DNA of 42,216 nt from Candidatus Niyogibacteria bacterium RIFCSPLOWO2_12_FULL_41_13 (GCA_001821615.1 MHMS01000025.1:23314-65529); one strand, 5' to 3'; shown: positions 1 through 10,294, counted from the first letter of the stretch. Translations and numbers: made by a program. The notes: a model not told the origin generated them from the sequence alone.

Positions 1-21
1 ATTTTGTCTTACTGGGCATAA
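1..21. repeat. Right end of a MITE-like element truncated by the window edge (GCCCAGTAAGAC-type terminal repeat)
   Basis: Bases 1-21 (attttgtcttactgggcataa) are the exact reverse complement of 36161-36181, the left end of the complete element at 36165-36305. Confidence 0.75.
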
Positions 22-62
22 TCAATAATTATAATAAAATAATTTTTATTTGCAAATACCCG

Positions 63-185
63 ACCCCGTTAGAAGCCGCGGACGCCTTCCATTATTATCC
101 ACAAATTTATAATTGGACAAAAGAAGGAAATTCATTGTATTATAAGCTTAAAATCGCTAAGTCCGCGTCTTGCTTCTAACGGGGT
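63..185. mobile_element. MITE-like hairpin element, ACCCCGTTAGAAGC-type terminal inverted repeats
   Basis: Perfect 14-bp TIR accccgttagaagc (63-76) / gcttctaacggggt (172-185), extended by cgcggac/gtccgcg. The same TIR occurs at 20441-20554. No coding capacity. Confidence 0.75.
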
Positions 186-212
186 TGACAAAGTTTGATA
201 TTTTGCTAAATT
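185..212 (+). promoter_or_regulatory. Putative sigma70 promoter of rpoBC
   Basis: TTGACA at 185-190, 16-nt spacer, TG-c-TAAATT ending at 212; about 135 nt upstream of the rpoB ATG. Confidence 0.55.
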
Positions 213-347
213 AAATACAATATTTCGTGTTAAGCTTTTCTTCTTCAGCAACTCAAAATTAAATAGGTTTTAGGGTCGTTTAAGGCCCCTAGCGCAAACA
301 GGGGGAGGGATTTTTATGTTTTAAATTTAAACATCATTTTTTAAACA

Positions 348-3300
348 ATGGCATCAAAGCTTCCCAAAAAATATTTTACAAAATTTAAAAAACCGCTCGT
401 TGACCTCCCGAATCTGATTGAATTCCAAAAAGATTCATTTAAGTGGTTTCGCGAAAAGGGTTTAAAAGAGCTTTTTGAAGACATTTCGCCGATTAAGGAT
501 TTCACGGAGAAAGAACTGGAACTCCATTTCATTGATTATAGCATCGGCGAGCCGAATTACGACGACCAATACGCGAAAGACCACAATCTTTCTTACGAGG
601 CTCCGTTAAAAACGCGTTTTTCCCTCGTTAATAAAAGAACGAAGGAAAAAAAAGAGCAGGAGGTTTTTTTCGGAAATATTTTTTTAATGACCGAACGGGG
701 AACTTTCGTCATAAACGGCGTTGAGCGAGTCTTGATTTCCCAATTGGCCAGGTCATTCGGCGTTTATTTCAATTCCGTTTTTTACCGCGGCAAAAATTAT
801 TTCGGCGCCAAAATCATCCCCAGCCGCGGCTCCTGGATTGAAATCCAGACAGAACCAAACGGCGTCATCTACGCCCGAATAGACCGCAAAAGAAAATTTC
901 TCGTCACTTCTCTTTTGCGGTTTTTTAATTTGGAAAAAGACCAGGATATTAAAGAATGCTTTAAGGAGCGCGATAGAGGGGAGATAAAATTTATTGACGA
1001 AACAATCAAAGAAGACCCGGCGAAAAGCCAGAGCGAAGGGATTGCGGAAATGTATTCAAAAATAAGGCCGGGCGAGCCGGCGAGCCCCGAAGCGGCGAAA
1101 GAATTCATCTCAAAAATGTTTTCCAAAGAGCGTTACGACCTTTCATTGGCGGGAAGACACCGCTTAAATCGCCGGCTTGGTCTTCCTCTTGAGGGCATTG
1201 AAAAAATGCCGAGAAACCTGAATTTAGAAGATTTAAAAGCCGTTGTCGCAAAAATAATTGAGCTTAATAATAATCCCGAAGCCGTTCCCGACGATATTGA
1301 CCATCTTGGCAACCGGCGGGTCAGGGGAGTGGGAGAAATGTTTCAGCAGAGATTAAGAATCGCAATGATAAAAATACGGGCGATTATTCAGGACAGAATG
1401 GCGGCTTTGGAAAAAGAAGGGCTTGCTCCGCTTCAGCTTGTGAATCCGAGGCCGTTTATTATAGCAATGAGGGAATTTTTTTTGACGGGCCAGCTTTCCC
1501 AATTTATGAGCCAGGAAAATATTCTTTCGGAGGTGGAGCATTTAAGGCGACTTTCCGCTTTGGGTCCGGGGGGATTAAGCAGGGAAAGAGCCGGCATTGA
1601 AGCGAGAGACGTTCATTCTTCCCATTATAACCGAATTTGCCCGATTCAGACTCCCGAAGGCCAGAATGTCGGCTTGGTTGTGAATTTGGCGATTTTTGCC
1701 CGAGTCAACGAGTTCGGCATTTTGGAAACGCCTTATTTGAAAGTTGACAAGGGAAGAATAACTTCCGAAGTAAAATATCTTGACGCTTTTGAAGAGGAAA
1801 ATTACAGCATTGCCGCCGCTTCAACAAAATACGACGAAAAAGGAAAAATTTTAGAGGAATTGATTGAATCAAGAGTCAAAGGCAAACCAGCGGTGATTCA
1901 CAAGGACGAAATTGATTTTATTGATGTTTCTCCCCAGCAGGCTTTTTCCATTTCAACGAGTTTGATTCCGTTTCTTGAGCATGACGACGCGAGCCGGGCG
2001 CTGATGGGAGCGAATATGCAACGTCAGGCGATTCCCTGTTTGAGGCCGGAAGCTCCGTTGGTCGCGACCGGTCTTGAGGAAAAAGCGGCGCTTGATTCCG
2101 GCCGGCTCGTCAGGGCTCCGGAAGAAGGGGTGATTAAATACGCCGACGCCCAAAAAATAATTTTTCAATCAAAGAAAGAAGAAAAAATTTACAATCTTTT
2201 GAATTTTCATCGTTCAAACGATTTTACGCTTGTTCATCAGCGCCCGATAGTGTCTCCCGGGCAAAAAGTAAATAAAGGAGATGTTTTAAACGATTGCGCT
2301 TCAACGCAAAACGGAGAATTGGCGCTCGGCAAAAATGTTTTTGTCGCGTTTTTGTCTTTGGCCGGCTCAACCTACGAAGACTCCATCGTTATTTCCGAAA
2401 AACTGGTTCGCGCCGACACTTACACTTCCGTTCATATTGAAGACCATATTTGCGACGTAAGGGAGACAAAGTTGGGACCGGAAATCACCACTTACGACAT
2501 TCCCAATGTAAGCGAAGAACGGCTGAAAAATCTTGACGAAGACGGAATAGTGCGGATAGGAGCGGAAGTAAGGGCCAACGATATTTTGGTCGGCAAATTA
2601 AGTCCGAAAGGGGAGATTGAACTGACTCCGGAAGAAAAACTTTTGCGGGCTATTTTCGGAGAAAAGGCGAAACAATTCAAAGACACGTCTTACCGTTTGC
2701 CTCACGGAAAAGAGGGAAGGGTGATTGGAATAAAAATTTTTTCCTGGGACAAGGGCGACAAGCTTGAGCCGGGCATAACCAAAAGAATTCAAATAGAAGT
2801 CGCCCAGTTGAGAAAATTGGAAATCGGAGACAAAATTTCCGGCCGGCACGGCAACAAGGGCGTTGTTTCAAAAATTCTTAAGGAGGAAGATATGCCGTTT
2901 CTGGAAGACGGCCGGCCGATTGACATCGTTTTAAATCCTTTGGGCGTGATTTCAAGAATGAATCTGGGGCAGATTCTTGAAACGCACCTTGGTTTGGCCG
3001 CCAAAACTTTGAATTATCAGGCGATAAGCCCGATTTTTCAAGGCGTTTCAGAAGAGGAAATCAAAGAAGAGCTTTTGAAAGCCGGTTATCCTTCTTCCGG
3101 CCAGCTTAAGATTTATGACGGCAGAACGGGCGAATTGATTGAAAACAATGTTACGGTCGGCCATATTTATATGCTCAAGCTTAAACATATGGTGACTGAA
3201 AAAATACATATGAGGTCTATCGGCCCTTATTCCTTGATTACTCAACAGCCCCTCGGCGGAAAGGCGCAAATGGGAGGCCAGAGATTCGGGGAAATGGAAG

Positions 3301-3512
3301 TTTGGGCTTTGGAAGCTTACGGCGCCGCCCACACTCTTCAGGAAATGCTTACGGTTAAATCAGACGATGTGGCTGGCAGGATTGCCGTCCACGAAGCGAT
3401 TATTAGAGGAGAAAAATTCAAAAATCCGAGCCTTCCCGCTTCTTTTAATGTTCTGCTTAACGAATTAAAGGGTTTGTCTTTGGATGTAAAGCTTATTAAG
3501 AAAGACATTTGA
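348..3512 (+). CDS. rpoB: DNA-directed RNA polymerase subunit beta
   Basis: 1054 aa; motifs [64 protein letters not shown]. Confidence 0.99.
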   Translation: MASKLPKKYFTKFKKPLVDLPNLIEFQKDSFKWFREKGLKELFEDISPIKDFTEKELELHFIDYSIGEPNYDDQYAKDHNLSYEAPLKTRFSLVNKRTKEKKEQEVFFGNIFLMTERGTFVINGVERVLISQLARSFGVYFNSVFYRGKNYFGAKIIPSRGSWIEIQTEPNGVIYARIDRKRKFLVTSLLRFFNLEKDQDIKECFKERDRGEIKFIDETIKEDPAKSQSEGIAEMYSKIRPGEPASPEAAKEFISKMFSKERYDLSLAGRHRLNRRLGLPLEGIEKMPRNLNLEDLKAVVAKIIELNNNPEAVPDDIDHLGNRRVRGVGEMFQQRLRIAMIKIRAIIQDRMAALEKEGLAPLQLVNPRPFIIAMREFFLTGQLSQFMSQENILSEVEHLRRLSALGPGGLSRERAGIEARDVHSSHYNRICPIQTPEGQNVGLVVNLAIFARVNEFGILETPYLKVDKGRITSEVKYLDAFEEENYSIAAASTKYDEKGKILEELIESRVKGKPAVIHKDEIDFIDVSPQQAFSISTSLIPFLEHDDASRALMGANMQRQAIPCLRPEAPLVATGLEEKAALDSGRLVRAPEEGVIKYADAQKIIFQSKKEEKIYNLLNFHRSNDFTLVHQRPIVSPGQKVNKGDVLNDCASTQNGELALGKNVFVAFLSLAGSTYEDSIVISEKLVRADTYTSVHIEDHICDVRETKLGPEITTYDIPNVSEERLKNLDEDGIVRIGAEVRANDILVGKLSPKGEIELTPEEKLLRAIFGEKAKQFKDTSYRLPHGKEGRVIGIKIFSWDKGDKLEPGITKRIQIEVAQLRKLEIGDKISGRHGNKGVVSKILKEEDMPFLEDGRPIDIVLNPLGVISRMNLGQILETHLGLAAKTLNYQAISPIFQGVSEEEIKEELLKAGYPSSGQLKIYDGRTGELIENNVTVGHIYMLKLKHMVTEKIHMRSIGPYSLITQQPLGGKAQMGGQRFGEMEVWALEAYGAAHTLQEMLTVKSDDVAGRIAVHEAIIRGEKFKNPSLPASFNVLLNELKGLSLDVKLIKKDI

Positions 3513-3531
3513 CATTTGACAAATAACAAAT
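3504..3531 (+). repeat. Degenerate heptamer tandem (gacattt)2-gacaaat-aacaaat at the rpoB/rpoC junction
   Basis: Read directly; it contains the rpoB stop codon. Confidence 0.6.
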
Positions 3532-3533
3532 AT

Positions 3534-6500
3534 ATGAATGAACGCGAAAAATTATCATTGCTTATAAAATTGGCCTCTCCGGAAGAAATTCTTTCCTGGT
3601 CGCGCGGAGAAGTGACGGAACCGGAGACTATAAATTACCGGACTCAAAGGGCGGAAAAAGACGGTTTGTTTGACGAGAAGATTTTTGGGCCGGAAAAAGA
3701 TTATCATTGTTTTTGCGGCAAATACAGGAAAATCCGCTATAAAGGAATCGTTTGCGACAAGTGCGGAGTGGAAGTGACCAAAGCAATCGTGCGGAGAGAA
3801 AGAATGGGCCATATCGGTTTGGCTTCTCCCGTCACCCATATCTGGTTTTTAAGGAGCGTTCCCTCGCGGCTCGGATTGGTTTTTAATCTGACGCTCTCCG
3901 ACCTTGAAAAAATCATTTATTTCAGCAGTTTTATAATTATTAAAGTCCATAAAGAAGCGAAAGAAGAACTGGAAAAAGAGCTTGCGAAAGAATATGAAAA
4001 GAAATCCAAATCTTCCGTTTCAAAACAAGAGAAAGAATCTTTCAAGCAAAATTTTGACGAAACAAAAAAAGAGTTGGATTTAGTCAGGCCCGGGCAAATT
4101 TTGTCGTCCGCGGAACATCATTCCTTGAGCTTAAAATACGGAAAGATTTTTGAGAGCGGTATCGGAGCCGAAGCTCTTTACAATTTGGCTAAAGGGATAG
4201 ATTTGGAAAAAGTCAAAAACGAATTGGAAAAAGAAATTGAAACTAATTTGGTTGACCAGGATAAAATTCAACGTCGGCTTAAACTTTTCAAATCATTGAT
4301 TAGGGCAAAGATAAGGCCGGAATGGATGTTTTTGACGGTTTTGCCGGTTATCCCGCCGGATTTAAGGCCCATTGTCCAGCTTGACGAAGGTCGCCACGCG
4401 AGCGCCGATGTCAACGACCTTTATCGGAGATTGATAAACCGCAATAATCGGCTCAAATATCTTCTTGAGATAGGCGCTCCGGAAATCATCGTTCGCAACG
4501 AAAAAAGAATGCTTCAAGAGGCGGTTGACGCCTTGATTGACAATTCAATGCGAAAAACCCAGGCGGCGGCGATTTCAAAAGCCCAAAAAAGGCCGCTTCG
4601 CTCTTTGGCGGACATGCTTAAAGGAAAACAAGGGAGATTCAGAAAAAATCTTCTCGGCAAGAGAGTTGATTATTCCGGAAGGTCGGTCATCGTTGTCGGA
4701 CCGGAACTGAAGTTTGACGAGTGCGGCCTCCCCAAACATATGTGCCTTGAGATTTATCGGCCGTTCGTCATCTCCAAGCTTATTCAAAAAGGTTTCGCTT
4801 ACAATATAAAAGGAGCCAACCGGCTGATTGAAGAAGGGAAAGACGAAGTTTGGGAAGTTTTGGAAGATTTGATTAAGGATTCTTATGTTCTTTTGAACAG
4901 AGCTCCGACCTTGCATCGGCTCGGCATTCAGGCGTTCAAGCCGATTTTAATAGAAGGAAAGGCGATTAGGATCCATCCTATGGTTTGTCATGGCTTTAAC
5001 GCGGACTTTGACGGAGACCAGATGGCCGTTCATCTTCCGCTTTCCGAGGAATCCCAGAGAGAAGCGAAAAATCTCATCGCCTCGGTTAATAACCTGACAA
5101 AACCCGGAACCGGCGAGCCGATAGTCAACCCCCAGCAGGACATAGTTTTGGGGTGTTATTGGCTTACCAATATGATTGAAGGAGGAAAAGGAGAGGGGAG
5201 GGCGTTTTCGGATTTTGCCGAGGCGTACGCGGCTTACGAAAAAGGAATCGTGGGATTGCAGTCAAAGATAAAAGTAAGAATAAAAAATGAACTGAAGGAA
5301 ACGAGTTTGGGAAGAATTATTTTTAATCAGGTGTTCCCGGACAGTTTTGGTTTTATCAACCAGCAGGTAAGCCAAAAAACGCTCAGCGATATCGTTAAAA
5401 ACATCATCACTCATTACGGAAAAGAAACAGCCGCCGAGATTTTGGATAAAATAAAGACTCTCGGATTTCGTTATGCCACCCTCTCCGGCATCAGCTTTTC
5501 AATGGATGATGTCAAAGTTCCGAAAGAAAAACCGGAGATTATTGAAAAAGCTAAACAAGAAGCCGAAAAAATCGAGGAAAATTATAAAAAAGAACTCTTG
5601 AGCTTTCACGAGCGTTTTGATTTATTGATTGAACTTTGGCAGGAAGCGAGCCAGAAAATCAATTCTTTGGTGTCCAGTTCGCTTGATCCCTCCGGCTCCA
5701 TTCATTTCATGGTGAATTCCGGCGCCAGAGGAAAATGGCCCCAAGTTTTTCAGATGGCGGGATTAAAGGGTCTGGTTACCAACCCGGCGGGACGGGTTAT
5801 TGAGCTTCCGGCAATCGCGAGTTATAAAGAAGGGCTTAAAGTTTTGGAATATTTCATTTCCACTCACGGCGCGAGAAAAGGAACGGCTGACACCGCTTTG
5901 AAGACCGCTGTCGCGGGCTACCTGACAAGAAAACTCGTGGATGCCGCCCAGTCGGTCGTAGTGGTGGAAAAAGATTGCGGGGACACCGAAGGATTTTTAG
6001 TCAGGCGCGCGGAATCGGAAAATTACGGACGCAAAATCAAGGAAAGAATTTTCGGCCGTTTTTTGGCAAAAGATTTGGCCGACCAGAAAGGAAAAATTTT
6101 ATTTAAAAAAGGACATTTGATAAGTTTTGACGACGCGGAAACGATTGATAATTCCGGCGTGGGGGAACTTGTCATCCGTTCTCCTTTAACCTGTAAAACG
6201 CAAAGAGGAGTTTGTCAAACTTGTTATGGTTATGAATTGGGCAGGAATATCTTGATTGATTTGGGCGAAGCAGTCGGCATTGTCGCCGCCCAGTCAATCG
6301 GAGAGCCGGGCACCCAGCTTACAATGAGGACTTTTCACTTTGGAGGCGTGGCAAGCAAAGAGGACATCACTCTCGGTTTGCCGCAGATTATTGAGATTTT
6401 TGAAACCCAGCTTCCTTCAAACCCGGCTGTTGTGGCTGAGGAAGAAGGCGAGATTTATGACATTCAAGAAAATGAGAGGGAGATTATCATAAAAATAAAA

Positions 6501-7145
6501 CTGGCGATTAAAGGAAAAAAGAAAGAAGACATAAAGGAATATGTCGTTCCCGCAAAAAAAGTCATATTGGTTAAAAAGGGCGACAAAGTGAAACCCGGAG
6601 ACAGATTATCAGTCGGCATTGTCAATGTAAAACATCTTTTTAAACTTGCCGGCCGCGAGGAAACCCAGAGATACATTTTGAACGAAATTGAAAGAATTTA
6701 TCTTTCGCAGGGAGCGCCGATTAACGAGAAACATATTGAAATCATCGTTCGCCAGTTATTTTCTCGGGTGGAAATTTTTGACGAAGGAGAGACTGATTTC
6801 AATAAAGGAGATATAATTGAAGAAGCCGAACTTTTTGAAGAAAACGAAAAAGCGAAAAAACTCGGCAAAAAACAAGCCAAAGGAAAGAAAACGCTTTTGG
6901 GCATTTCCAAAGTCGCCCTTAGTTCCTCCGGATTTCTTTCAGCCGCGTCTTTTCAGGAAACGGCGAAAATTTTCATCAACGCTTCTTTGGCGGGAAAAGA
7001 GGACAAGCTGTTGGGGCTTAAGGAAAACGTGATCATCGGCAAATTGATACCCGCCGGCACCGGCTTCAGAAAAGAAGATATCAAAGAAACCTCGGCGTTA
7101 AGGGAAGAAAAAACAGAATTACAGGAAGCAAGAGAGGAAAGATAA
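3534..7145 (+). CDS. rpoC: DNA-directed RNA polymerase subunit beta'
   Basis: Catalytic NADFDGD, N-terminal Zn finger CFCGKY..CDKC, GKRVDYSGRSVI, SIGEPGTQLTMRTFH. ATG 3534 is preferred over TTG 3516, which lies in the heptamer repeat. Confidence 0.99.
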   Translation: MNEREKLSLLIKLASPEEILSWSRGEVTEPETINYRTQRAEKDGLFDEKIFGPEKDYHCFCGKYRKIRYKGIVCDKCGVEVTKAIVRRERMGHIGLASPVTHIWFLRSVPSRLGLVFNLTLSDLEKIIYFSSFIIIKVHKEAKEELEKELAKEYEKKSKSSVSKQEKESFKQNFDETKKELDLVRPGQILSSAEHHSLSLKYGKIFESGIGAEALYNLAKGIDLEKVKNELEKEIETNLVDQDKIQRRLKLFKSLIRAKIRPEWMFLTVLPVIPPDLRPIVQLDEGRHASADVNDLYRRLINRNNRLKYLLEIGAPEIIVRNEKRMLQEAVDALIDNSMRKTQAAAISKAQKRPLRSLADMLKGKQGRFRKNLLGKRVDYSGRSVIVVGPELKFDECGLPKHMCLEIYRPFVISKLIQKGFAYNIKGANRLIEEGKDEVWEVLEDLIKDSYVLLNRAPTLHRLGIQAFKPILIEGKAIRIHPMVCHGFNADFDGDQMAVHLPLSEESQREAKNLIASVNNLTKPGTGEPIVNPQQDIVLGCYWLTNMIEGGKGEGRAFSDFAEAYAAYEKGIVGLQSKIKVRIKNELKETSLGRIIFNQVFPDSFGFINQQVSQKTLSDIVKNIITHYGKETAAEILDKIKTLGFRYATLSGISFSMDDVKVPKEKPEIIEKAKQEAEKIEENYKKELLSFHERFDLLIELWQEASQKINSLVSSSLDPSGSIHFMVNSGARGKWPQVFQMAGLKGLVTNPAGRVIELPAIASYKEGLKVLEYFISTHGARKGTADTALKTAVAGYLTRKLVDAAQSVVVVEKDCGDTEGFLVRRAESENYGRKIKERIFGRFLAKDLADQKGKILFKKGHLISFDDAETIDNSGVGELVIRSPLTCKTQRGVCQTCYGYELGRNILIDLGEAVGIVAAQSIGEPGTQLTMRTFHFGGVASKEDITLGLPQIIEIFETQLPSNPAVVAEEEGEIYDIQENEREIIIKIKLAIKGKKKEDIKEYVVPAKKVILVKKGDKVKPGDRLSVGIVNVKHLFKLAGREETQRYILNEIERIYLSQGAPINEKHIEIIVRQLFSRVEIFDEGETDFNKGDIIEEAELFEENEKAKKLGKKQAKGKKTLLGISKVALSSSGFLSAASFQETAKIFINASLAGKEDKLLGLKENVIIGKLIPAGTGFRKEDIKETSALREEKTELQEAREER

Positions 7146-7158
7146 TTTATTCCGCCAT

Positions 7159-7199
7159 ATTACTCGTCATTACTCGTCATTACTCGTCATTACTCGTCA
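7159..7199. repeat. Perfect 10-bp tandem repeat (ATTACTCGTC)x4
   Basis: Read directly, starting 13 nt after the rpoC stop; no spacers between units. Confidence 0.95.
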
Positions 7200-7217
7200 A
7201 CTGATTCGCCGTTTTTA

Positions 7218-7294
7218 TTTTTATTCTCCTATTCGCGCGAATTAGACCATAAGGAATCTATTGTTGAACATTCTGAATATTCTGGCGCGAACAT
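7218..7294. repeat. 77-bp direct repeat A, copy 1
   Basis: Matches 7920-7996 with one mismatch (7288 c / 7990 t); contains the 12-bp palindrome attcgcgcgaat. Confidence 0.95.
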
Positions 7295-7433
7295 ATGTAT
7301 ATTTTTGAGTCCGCTCGAACTTACTTTAGCGAAAATTCCGGAGATTGAATAGTGGCGCTCCGTAGGCGCGCCAGCACCGGCTTAAGGTTTAGTAAATATT
7401 AATCTTTTACAACTTTTTAGCTCGAAAATTCTT

Positions 7434-7775
7434 TTATCTCTTTTTTAGAGCGCCAATTACTACTGGAATGTATAGCAGGGTCATATAATATGCAAAATGT
7501 GCCACTCTCTGTTTTATAGTTGGCTCAAAGCCATCATCGGCATATTGCTCGCAACCGCCATACACTGGATCAGATTGTTCTTCACAAGTGGGATTTCCTA
7601 AAGTAAAACTAGCGAATAAAGCTATCCCCGCACACAACAAAAACCCCTTCCATAAAACTGTTTTATATTTACCACCCTCGGCATTATCGCTTGCAGTTTT
7701 CCATGCAAAATAGACTATACCTGCTATAAATAGGTAACCAAGCGCTCTAAAAATTTTATCAAAAATTATTTCCAT
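7434..7775 (-). CDS. Small membrane protein, 3 predicted TM helices, loop with a Cys pair
   Basis: 113-aa ORF, three hydrophobic stretches, loop C-x10-C (CEEQSDPVYGGC); codon style looks unlike rpoC. Confidence 0.8.
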   Translation of the reverse strand: MEIIFDKIFRALGYLFIAGIVYFAWKTASDNAEGGKYKTVLWKGFLLCAGIALFASFTLGNPTCEEQSDPVYGGCEQYADDGFEPTIKQRVAHFAYYMTLLYIPVVIGALKKR

Positions 7776-7919
7776 ATTATTGAGATAAAAAAAATATTTT
7801 GTCTTAATTACTTTAAATCTATATTTTAAGATTCGCGATTTTAGCTATAAAACTTATCAAAACTCGTTTATATTATAACATAAAATTCTTAAATTTTAAA
7901 AATTCTTTTTTTATTTTAT

Positions 7920-7996
7920 TTTTTATTCTCCTATTCGCGCGAATTAGACCATAAGGAATCTATTGTTGAACATTCTGAATATTCTGGCGTGAACAT
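7920..7996. repeat. 77-bp direct repeat A, copy 2 (immediately 3' of the tRNA)
   Basis: Offset 702 bp from copy 1; separated by one base from the tRNA discriminator. Confidence 0.95.
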
Positions 7997-7997
7997 G

Positions 7998-8069
7998 TGG
8001 GCGTGCTAGGGATCGAACCTAGGACCTGTTGTTTATAAGACAACCGCTCTGCCACTGAGCTACACGCCC
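7998..8069 (-). tRNA. tRNA-Ile(UAU)
   Basis: Minus strand GGGCGTGTAGCTCAGTGGCAGAGCGGTTGTCTTATAAACAACAGGTCCTAGGTTCGATCCCTAGCACGCCCA: 7-bp acceptor stem, GCTC/GAGC D stem, GTTGT/ACAAC anticodon stem with loop CT-TAT-AA, GTTCGA T arm, A73. CCA is not encoded. Confidence 0.95.
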
Positions 8070-9926
8070 TCAAAGTTGCGCGCTCTGAACGGTTTTTGGT
8101 TTAAAGCCAAAACCAACGATTAGTTTTTCAAATTCCTCCCGTTCAATAGTTTCTTTTTCCATCAGTTTGCCGGCAATAGCGTCAAGGGTTTTTTTGTATT
8201 TTTTCAGGATACTTTCCGCTTGCTTGAGCGCTTCCTTGATGAATCTGGAAATTTCCCGGTCTATAAGTTTCGCGACCTCCTCGGAATAATTTTTTTCATG
8301 CGCTATTTCCCGTCCCAGAAAGATAAGTTCTTCGTGGTTGCCCAGTGTCATCGGCCCGATTTTTTCCGACATTCCGAATTTGGTTACGAGATTTCTTGCG
8401 AGTTCCGTCACTTTTTTTAAGTCGTCGGCCGCGCCGGTGGTTAATTCCCCAAATATTAATTTTTCGGAAGCGTAGCCGCCCAAAGCCACCGCCAGTTCGT
8501 CAAGAAAATATTTTTTACTAAGCAATCTTTTTTCTTCAAGGGGAAGTTTCAAAGTATAGCCGGCCGCCCTTCCTCTCGCAATAATGGAAATTTTGTGCAC
8601 CGGGTCGGCGTTTGGCGAGCCCGCCGCCACCAAAGCGTGTCCAGCTTCGTGATAAGCGGCGATTTTTTTCTCGTTTTTATTCAACATAAAGCTTTTTCTC
8701 TCTGGTCCCAACAAAACCTTTTCAATCGCTTCGTATAAATCAATTTGTCTGATTGCTTTATGTTCGTGGCGCGCCGCCAATATCGCCGATTCATTCATTA
8801 TATTTTTGAGGTCGGCGCCGGAAAATCCCGGAGTTCTTTCGGCAATCCGGCGAAGGTCAACGTCTTTTTCAATAATTTTTCCTCTCGCGTGGATTTTAAG
8901 AATCGCTTCGCGGTCGTTAAGGTCGGGCGGGTCAAGAATGACTCGGCGATCAAATCTGCCCGGCCGGAGCAAGGCTGTGTCCAAAATATCCGGCCTGTTC
9001 GTGGCCGCGAGAACTATGATTCTTTCGTTTGGTTCAAAACCGTCAAGCTCAACAAGAATTTGATTCAATGTTTGTTCTCTTTCGTCATGTCCTCCGCCAA
9101 GGCCAGCTCCCCGCTGTCTTCCAATCGCGTCAATTTCGTCAATAAAGATAATGGCCGGGGCCGATTTTTTCGCCAGACTAAATGTGTCGCGAACGCGCGA
9201 AGCGCCGATTCCCACAAACATTTCCACGAATTCCGAGGCGGACATATAAAAGAACGGCACATTGGCTTCGCCGGCAACCGCGCGGGCAAGCAAGGTTTTT
9301 CCCGTGCCCGGAGCTCCCAATAGCAATACTCCTTTTGGAATTTGAGCGCCGATTGCCAAGAATTTTTGGGGATTTCGCAGAAAATCAACCACTTCTTTCA
9401 GTTCTTCTTTCGCTTCCTTGACTCCGGCGACATCGTTGAAAGTAACGCGATTTTTTTTGTCGCTCGGCAAAACTACTCTTGCTTTTGTCTGTCCGAAAGT
9501 AAACGCCTGGATGTTGGCTCTGGAGACTTGTTTTGCCATCAGCCAAAAGAAAAAGATAATGAAAATAAAAGGAAGCAGAAACGGCAGAATCGCGCCGAGC
9601 CAGAATAAAACGCCGGAGGGCTGTTTTATTTCAACGTTGATTTTTTGGAATTCGTTCGGATTCAAGCCGTAATTGCGGAGAGTTTCAATTAAGCTTGATT
9701 CCGTCTCTTTTTTCGCCAATTGTTCTTTTTTTGAAACAAGCAAAATTTCAAGCCGTTCTCCTTTTACGGATATTTTTTCAACTTCTCCTTTTTTGATTTC
9801 TTCAACCAGCGCGGAGAGAGAAATTTCTTCCAGTTTTATCAATTGTCCGGATAAAATTGAATAAAGCGAAGCCAAGAGAAAGAAAATCAAAATGCCGATA
9901 ACGATGTTTTTGGATAAAAGCTTCAT
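8070..9926 (-). CDS. ftsH: ATP-dependent zinc metalloprotease FtsH
   Basis: Two N-terminal TM helices, Walker A GAPGTGKT, Walker [24 protein letters not shown] zinc motif. Confidence 0.98.
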   Translation of the reverse strand: MKLLSKNIVIGILIFFLLASLYSILSGQLIKLEEISLSALVEEIKKGEVEKISVKGERLEILLVSKKEQLAKKETESSLIETLRNYGLNPNEFQKINVEIKQPSGVLFWLGAILPFLLPFIFIIFFFWLMAKQVSRANIQAFTFGQTKARVVLPSDKKNRVTFNDVAGVKEAKEELKEVVDFLRNPQKFLAIGAQIPKGVLLLGAPGTGKTLLARAVAGEANVPFFYMSASEFVEMFVGIGASRVRDTFSLAKKSAPAIIFIDEIDAIGRQRGAGLGGGHDEREQTLNQILVELDGFEPNERIIVLAATNRPDILDTALLRPGRFDRRVILDPPDLNDREAILKIHARGKIIEKDVDLRRIAERTPGFSGADLKNIMNESAILAARHEHKAIRQIDLYEAIEKVLLGPERKSFMLNKNEKKIAAYHEAGHALVAAGSPNADPVHKISIIARGRAAGYTLKLPLEEKRLLSKKYFLDELAVALGGYASEKLIFGELTTGAADDLKKVTELARNLVTKFGMSEKIGPMTLGNHEELIFLGREIAHEKNYSEEVAKLIDREISRFIKEALKQAESILKKYKKTLDAIAGKLMEKETIEREEFEKLIVGFGFKPKTVQSAQL

Positions 9927-9933
9927 AGAAAAT

Positions 9934-9942
9934 AATATAGCA
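9934..9942 (-). promoter_or_regulatory. Extended -10 (TG-c-TATATT) 7 nt before the ftsH ATG; leaderless-type
   Basis: Minus strand tgctatattattttctATG; no Shine-Dalgarno. Confidence 0.5.
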
Positions 9943-9952
9943 AAATTTTATG

Positions 9953-9985
9953 AAAAATAAAAGACTCCCGATTCGCATCAGGAGC
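9953..9985 (-). terminator. Intrinsic terminator of the orphan gene 9978-10193
   Basis: Minus strand GCTCCTGAT-GCGA-ATCGGGAGT followed by CTTTTATTTTT. Confidence 0.7.
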
Positions 9986-10193
9986 TTGAAGACAAGACAC
10001 TGGTTAAAGGAACTCGCCACCATCTATAGCATCTTTTATTTGTGCTTTCAATTGGAATTCCGACCAACGCCTCCTCCCCGTATATTTCCAAACAAGACCC
10101 TTTTAAAAATCTTCCTTCTTGTGTTTTGAACGACATTTCAGCGCCTTGTTCAAAAACCCTACCATCGGGCAGACCAACGATATATCTCTCCAT
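9978..10193 (-). CDS. Small hypothetical protein (71 aa, possibly a beta-barrel/SH3-like fold)
   Basis: Start moved to ATG 10193 because of the strong SD AAGGAGGGTGAT; upstream TG-a-TATTAT and downstream terminator. Fold is a guess. Confidence 0.7.
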   Translation of the reverse strand: MERYIVGLPDGRVFEQGAEMSFKTQEGRFLKGSCLEIYGEEALVGIPIESTNKRCYRWWRVPLTSVLSSSS

Positions 10194-10279
10194 ATCACCC
10201 TCCTTTTTTAAAACTTCCATTTTTATAATATCATAAAAACAAAAATAAAGCAAATAAACTTAAATTTTTCAGTAATTTC

Positions 10280-10288
10280 TGCTATTAT
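10280..10288 (+). promoter_or_regulatory. Extended -10 (TG-c-TATTAT) 6 nt before the secA ATG; leaderless-type
   Basis: tgctattatttttaaATG; no SD. Confidence 0.55.
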
Positions 10289-10294
10289 TTTTAA

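Noticed and set aside
265-320. Riboswitch or attenuator in the rpoB leader
   Set aside because: Only a weak GC-rich hairpin (taggg...cccta); no family I can recognise without a covariance search.
348-7145. Inteins or introns in rpoB/rpoC
   Set aside because: Lengths are compact, conserved motifs are contiguous and no splice motifs are visible.
7349-7395. Second tRNA or ncRNA in the GC-rich patch tggcgc...gcgcca
   Set aside because: Only one short hairpin; no cloverleaf can be built.
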